This document shows, piece after piece, positions 56,982 through 64,000 of a stretch of DNA of 64,000 nucleotides (position 1 is its first letter; every line of letters begins with the position of its first letter). Below the pieces are notes generated by a model. The model did not search any database, was not told where the DNA came from, and saw only the letters and a list, made by a program, of their open reading frames with translations. A program made the translations under genes and the position numbers. Origin of the DNA: the human T2T-CHM13v2.0 reference genome, Homo sapiens. The stretch is from NCBI RefSeq assembly GCF_009914755.1, contig NC_060928.1. One strand, 5' to 3'.

Positions 56982-57598
56982 GATATTAGCTGTCTACTGC
57001 TGCATAAAATTTTACCTAAAACTTAGTATCTTAAAACAACATGAATTTATTATCACTCAGTTTCTGCGCATCACAACTCCAGACATGAAATAACTAGGCT
57101 CTCTTGATTACGATTTCACAAGGTCAAAGTTATGATGTCAGCCAGGCTTCATTTCCATCTGGAGTTTGGGGGTCCTCTGAAAAGCTCTCGTGGTTGTAGC
57201 AGAATTTAGTTCTTTGCAATTGTAAGACAAGATGCCTATTCTTTGCTGGTTGTCAGCATGGGGCCACTCAGCTCCTTGAGGCCACCCACAGTTCTTTGCC
57301 ATATGGTCTTCTCCATCTTTAAAAGTGAGCAATAGTGACTCTCCTGCTGAATCCCTTTCAGATTTCAAATCTCTGTTACCATAAAGAGCCTTGCCCTTTT
57401 AAGGGCTAGCTTGTGTAGATCAGGCCCACTGAACATGATCTCCTTTCTTTAAGTAAACTGTGCCAAATAACACAATCTAATTATGAGAGTGGTATTATGG
57501 CATTGCATCACAAGCACAGGTCTTTCTCACAGTCAAAGGGAGGATATTCTACAAGAGCATGGTTCATTGGGGCTTATTTTATAATTCTGTCTACCACA
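56982..57598 (-). mobile_element. MLT1E-group LTR
   Basis: ctactgctgcataa...aaaacttagtatcttaaaacaaca...aattctgtctaccaca. Confidence 0.7.
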
Positions 57599-58569
57599 TA
57601 ATTCTTGAAGGGAGTATCATAAAGCCAAGGCCTGAGGCAAGGCAAGTAAGCTGCTATCTTCAGGAGGGCTGGACAGAGAAGGCAAGGAGAGGGCATAACA
57701 GGAAATATGGATGTTCACATGAGTGATGACTGCCATCTAATGAAGATTAGGGATAAAGAGGATATTTTGTCCAAGAAATGGCATTGTTAATACTCCATCT
57801 CACAACTGTTTAGAGAAATGGGAATAATTTTGTTAACTGCAATTTACCACTTCCTAATGGAAAATATTCTAGCACAGTGACCTTGTGTGCAATTGGGTGA
57901 CCAAGCTGATGTCTACCAACCCTGGGTAAAGCCAATTATGAAATATGATGAATGCTGAATGACTCAAAAGGGCTTTACATAATTAGCAAGAGCCAAAGAA
58001 ACTAATGAATTCTTTTACAAGAACAAAACATAACAGCAACAAAACAAATAAATGAAAACAGGATGTCCTTAGAATCCTCAATATAGGTTGCAAGTTGAAG
58101 ACTTTGATGGCAGACTTTCAGGATTCAAATCCTAACTTTCTAACTTACTAAGTATTTGAACTCAGGTAAGTTATTGAACTTCATTTTATGTATATAGAGC
58201 TACAGATATATACATCTATGTATATATATAGCTATGTAATACAGATATACATATAAAATGTATATATAATTTGGACAAATACCAGAAAAGTAGTTTGTAT
58301 ATAATACAAAGTCATTATTACTAGTTGTTTATAGTCCTCTTAATATTACTGGAACTAAAGTTTGTGTGTCTCAGCCCTAACACCGACATTGCGAAGTTCC
58401 AACAGGTCTACACCTCTAACACTTCTATATTTATTTATTTGCTCGTCCATCTAATCTTCTGGATGGTAAATTTCTTAAGGTAAAAAAGTTGTGCTTCTCA
58501 TTGATCTACCTTTTAGTGGACAATTTATGCTGGCTTGACTATCACACCAGCCTTAACAGTAAATCATCC

Positions 58570-59048
58570 TTGTAGTATAAGTTTTCAGTTGTGGCAGGCT
58601 TTGTCAGCAACTTATTCATTTTACATTTATACTTCTAGCAGAACCTGGATTCTGTTAGGGGCAACAGAGTGTCAGGCTCTTTGGCCCACCACCTCTTTTG
58701 GTACCATTTTGATGAAAAAGTATAGGGAGAAATACCTCAGGCCTTCCTGTCTAAAATGGGGATGTCAGGTGGGAGGTGGAACACCCACTTAGTGACCCAA
58801 AGGAATATTCTAGAAGACAGACACAAGCTAAAGACATTAGGCTGAAAGATGTAAGGAGCCTGAGACATTGGGGCCTGAAAACCTGCTGAAGCCATGCTGG
58901 AAAGGCTACTCCTGTGCTTGCTGATATATAAGGAAAATAAATTTTCCTTGAGCCACATGCTACAAGTGCCAAATTTTCCATTGAGCCATATGCTACAAGT
59001 GCCAGATTTCTGTTAAATGTAGCCTGGTACATGTTTTAACTGCTGCAA
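58570..59048 (+). mobile_element. Old MLT1 (J/K-like) LTR
   Basis: agcagaacctggattctgttagggg...aaggagcctgagacattg...aggaaaataaattttcc. Confidence 0.45.
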
Positions 59049-59559
59049 CAGTGTATTCAGCATCGGAGGCCAAAAGATCACCAAAGAGATCAACAAAGAA
59101 TACAGTTAATCCATATTAATGTCATCTTCTGCCACTTGATGATATATAATTGGATGTAGAGCCACCGTTCAAGTAATGTGAGTGGGAGCAAGAGGAAGCA
59201 AACAAGGAGAATAATGCAGTAGGATGTGCTTAAGCATAACTTCAAGCAATGTGGAGCAATCATCCATTGCTGGGCAACAGAGAAAGGTTTCCATTTAGTG
59301 TTTCATTTTGCATGTGATATGTCATATAATTCAATCCGCCTGCTGGGGAAAGGGAACCACAAACAGAAAAATGTAAATGTGGCTACAGACTTCAAGAGCA
59401 CCAGACCTCTCTGGTGATATTCCACAAATTCATTATGCACCTTTAGGCAAATATTCACATACCCAGAAAAGTGTGTGTGTGTGCATGCATATTTGTGCAT
59501 TGCAATGTATCTGTTTGTACATAATGATTAGCCTGTTCATTGTTGAAATTCAGACTACC

Positions 59560-59790
59560 ACTGTTGTTAGAAACACAGACCTGGGGCACACTGCCTGGGT
59601 TAAAATTCCATTTCTACAGCTTACTTCTACAGCTTAGCAGCATAAACTCATCTTCAGGCATCAGCTTTCTTATCTGCAAAATTGGTGCAACAGATCCTGC
59701 TTCACAGGATTATTATCAGGATGAAATAATTAATATGAGGTACCCAGGACAGGAGTTGGAACAGTCTTGTACATGTTAGCTAATATCAGT
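59560..59790 (+). mobile_element. MIR
   Basis: ctgcctgggttaaaattcc...catcagctttcttatctgcaaaattgg. Confidence 0.7.
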
Positions 59791-59994
59791 TTTACAATGC
59801 CGTAGAAGTAAATATGCTCTCAATTGTGCATGTACATAATCGTGGGTATACAAACACATACATACATATTCATATATCCATCCATCTATTTCTATATAGA
59901 TAAATGAAAAATCCATTGTTGTGATATGTGTAATGCTAGTTTACATGTTGTAGAGCCTTATGAATTTTAGAGTCCAGCAGCATTAACAACAGCT

Positions 59995-60225
59995 ACTACT
60001 TATTAAATATTTACTAGGTGTCAGGGGCTGTGCATAGCACTTTACTTGCATTGTCCTGTTTAATCCTCACAACATTCAAAGATCGTAGGAAGTATTATTA
60101 TAAGCACAGTAAAGGATTAGTTACTTGCCTGTGGTAACAAAACAAGCAGGCAGAGGAACTGGACTTAGAATCCAAATCCAAATCTCTCAGTCTCCAGAGA
60201 CTGAATTTTTGTGCTTGATGCTGTT
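59995..60225 (-). mobile_element. MIR
   Basis: tattaaatatttactaggtgtcagg...tttaatcctcacaac...acttgcctgtggtaac. Confidence 0.7.
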
Positions 60226-60988
60226 ATTTTTATTTTTTGCTCCACTTATTAACTTAGATGACATGTCACACCTGAATAGATTGAAGAAGTCCTCATTTAG
60301 GAAACTCAAATAAGTTTCTATTAATACTAGAAAGTACTCGAGTTAATTTCAACAAACAAATCTCTTATTTGCCATTAACCTATTTATATCCTAGGATAGT
60401 AGTGCTTGGAAAAATGTTACAACAAAGAATAGATAGCTTTGTAATGAAAATCAGAAGTATTTGCTCAATCAAATGTGGATAAACTAATACTTTCTGCTCA
60501 TTCACACAAGAAGCAGTCAATTTACAGTTAAGTATACAGAATGAAATGTAATAAATTTCTCTAGCATACACACTTCCCCAAACCACGCAGCCCTCAGAGT
60601 ATCATATAATTAGTTCCTTGCCACTTGCTGACCATTTACTTTTGCAATTGTTACTTAACTGCCTTAATCGTGTACCTGGTGCAAGGGCATTTAGTCAAGA
60701 GGATGCAATCTAAAGTGTATTCCACACTTCCACTCGCAATGGCAGGTGCCTAGGACATAGATGCATTCACCTAGGAAAAGGAGTGTCTTTTTTCTAATCA
60801 GCACTAAAGGCTGATCTTTGCTAACAAATACCTTGATTAAAATGTTTTTTTTTTTTATCTAAAGATACCTAAAGTTGTTTGATACCTCTAGATAAAAGGG
60901 CTGTGCCATCTTGTTCATCATCACCCAAGTACCTGGGGAAACACTGGGCTCATAGCAAGTGTTAAGTAAATGTTTCATTAGAAAACTG

Positions 60989-61384
<396 letters not shown>

Positions 61385-62335
61385 CTACTTCCTAAATGTC
61401 CTCACCCAGAATATCTGTGCAATGCCAATAAAACGAAAGACCCAGGGGCCTAATGTACTATTCCATCCAGAAGGCAGCAAGTATATGTGTACAGCATAAC
61501 AAATAACAAGATTAGATCCCATATGAGCTCTCTTTTGCATAATGAAATTCCACATGTTAAAATGCAGATTTATTTTAAGCCCTAGAAGTGCTGACCATAT
61601 GCCTCGGTGGCTGAGGAGATGGCTACTTAATAGATAATCTGCAATGCAAGCCAAAGAACTAATCATGGCCATCTGATCATCATGCCCCATCAAAAGCCGA
61701 AATGAGGAGACAGGGAACAGAGCCAGAAACTGCCAACACATTTTACAAGCAGGGAGAGACCACGAGTCTAAAGGGAGGGCAGGAGGGATAAAATGAACAT
61801 CTTCCTACCCTAAGCAACATAACAAAATAATAACAATAAGAACATGGCTGTTTTAGAGTATATTTGTGATAAAACACATGCTCCACTAAATGTATTATAA
61901 CTATACTCTTATTTAATCTCCTTTCATTGGGGAAGTTGATGAGAATATTGACATCACATAAAGGTAGAATATTTTCCAAAACATATATCCTAAAAGGTGG
62001 GGTCCCTGATCTTAATTCTGTTCACAGAACCCAAGCTTCTGATCACTATCCTACAGAAGATGGCACATCATGCATGCTAAATAAATGCTTGTTAATTGAA
62101 TGAGCATATAACACAGAGAAATCAAGTGTTTGTCATTAAGTGCATTTAACAGATCACCATGCATAAATTTTTGCCCCAAATGTGTTCTGCAAAATATTGA
62201 TTATTATGAATGGGATGGCTCTAAAATATCTTGGGCATCTCTCTGCCACCTTACTAGTGGGTAGAGGACAGTTTATCCTTAACTGATGACTGAGAATCAG
62301 GAGCTAAGCTGCATGTCTTTGAACTACTTAATCTC

Positions 62336-62801
62336 TGTATTAGTTTGCTAGTGCTGCTATAACAAAGTAAAACAAACTGAGAAGCATAAACAACAGAAAT
62401 ATATTGTCTCACAGTTCTAGATGCAGGAAGTCCAAGATCAAAGCATCAGCAGGGTTAATTTCTTCTGAGAGTAGTAAGGAAGAATCTACTCCATGTCCCT
62501 CCTCCCTAGCTTCTGGTGGTTTGCTGGCAATCTTGGTTTTCTTTAGCTTGCCAAAGCAACACCCCATATCTCTACCTTCAGGTCCACATGGCATCCCTCC
62601 TGTGTGAGCCTGTGTTCAAAACTCTCCTTTTTATCAGGACAACAGTCACATTGGATTAAGGGCCCATAATTCTGCAGTATGACCTCATCTTAACTAATTA
62701 TATCTTCAATGATCCTATATTCAAATAAAGTTGCATTCTGAAATATTGGGGGTTAGAACTTCAACATGTGAATTTAGGAGTGCATAATTCAACTGCTAAC
62801 A
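62336..62801 (-). mobile_element. MLT1C-like LTR
   Basis: tgtattagtttgctagtgctgctataacaaagta...gacctcatcttaactaatta...aattcaactgctaaca. Confidence 0.85.
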
Positions 62802-62808
62802 GTCTCTT

Positions 62809-63242
62809 TTATTTATTTATTTATTTGCAGTTTAATAACTTTATTTGACACCGAGCAGTTAGTTCTCATTGAAATGAACTGTAGATTTTTGAAAGTGGTG
62901 ACAGGCAAAATAGGTATACAGCCTGTTTGGCGAATCTTCATCTCATTGCTTTTCAGGACAGCCACCCAAGAGTACAAGATAGAACATTTCTTATTCCTTT
63001 ATGCCACACAGCTTTGTTGAGCCTGGTATCAATGCACACATCTGGAGCTCTCATCTCTTTCATGGAAAATTTCCAGATCTCTTTCAGTGCCCATAAGACC
63101 TACTACTTGAATCCCACTCCATGGATGCACCTCTAAATATTGATGGTGTATCCTCTGGCCACCTTCTTGTCGATGGCAAAATGGCCCTTCTTCTTGACTT
63201 TCTTTATGTGAGCTATTCTGCCAGGCTCAGGTTGGAAAGGAA
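62809..63242 (-). pseudogene. RPL31P: Processed pseudogene of 60S ribosomal protein L31 (eL31)
   Basis: Intronless. Minus strand encodes RPL31-like segments ([43 protein letters not shown]-stop at 62859-62861). 5'TOP ttcctttcc; ATG mutated to ATA (63214-63216); TAGTAG at 63100-63105; AATAAA at 62840-62845; (TAAA)n tail; 12-bp TSD taacagtctctt at 62797-62808 and 63246-63257. Confidence 0.93.
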
Positions 63243-64000
63243 CCATAACAGTCTCTTACATCTGAGACTTTGCACACGATGTTCCCCACACTTAGGATAC
63301 TCCACCCACCACTGTCCCCATCCTGACCTCCACATTCCTTTCAACTGACTAATTAACTGCTCACATCACTGCTACCATTTCCCTTCATTCAGGAAGCCTT
63401 CCCTGACCCAGGTCAATAAATGTCAGCTAGTGTGATGAATAATAATAACAGTAATAATAGCTGAGAAATATTAACCACCCTGAGTAGTCATGTGGCAATA
63501 AGAGAAAGCACTATTGAGACTTTTCAACGCTGCTCTGTGATCACTTGCTTTTTAATTCTTTTATCAGTCTTTTTTTACTTGCTTTTTCGTTATTTTATTT
63601 ATTAAAGAAATTAAGACTGTCAGTGAGCATTAGTGTGTTGCGTCTGTTGGCTTATTATTTTCCGGTCCATGTCTTTTTGTGATTACAGATCTATAGATCA
63701 TGTGTCTGATAGACTCCCTTTCTTCATTCCATACTTTGTGACTGAATCCAGGCAAGGCAAATCACTTTTAATTCTCATTTCCTCATCTCCAATCAGGATA
63801 AAATTCTTAGGCTGTAGAGTTGATGTGAGAATTAGAGATACAGCTAAGATAGTGCTGAAGTCATAATAGGCACTGAGGTACTCATTATTTGATATATTAT
63901 AGTAGTTAGGATTATTATTTATGAAATTAGAATTATTAATGTTTCTTCTACTCCACAATGTATCAAAGTAGAAAAGCACTGATCTGTTGGACTTATCTGT

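Overview
Primate (human-like) genomic DNA. It is AT-rich, has no CpG island, and I could not support any protein-coding exon, so it is most likely intergenic or deep intronic. The window is dominated by transposon fossils: 13 dimeric Alus (J, S, Y) plus a FLAM, three 5'-truncated L1PA insertions (one young L1PA2-like), an old L1MA end, two THE1 LTRs, many MLT1 LTRs, a rearranged ERV-L provirus with an MLT2 3' LTR, DNA-transposon MITEs (MADE1, MER2, MER5, MER53, MER58A, Charlie4a), and MIR/L2 remnants. The only gene-derived sequence is a full-length processed RPL31 pseudogene (62809-63242, minus strand). The ORF track is explained by Alu/L1/LTR sequence or chance. The most notable structures are: a 48-bp-arm hairpin in apparently unique DNA whose mismatches are nearly all G:U on the minus strand (13854-13964); a twin-primed L1 inserted into a MADE1; an inverted gag-pro block in the ERV-L; two recent tandem duplications (2x165 and 2x134 bp); and an inverted Alu pair about 28 bp apart. 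I found no convincing novel multi-component system. Subfamily calls come from recalled consensus motifs and need RepeatMasker/Dfam confirmation.
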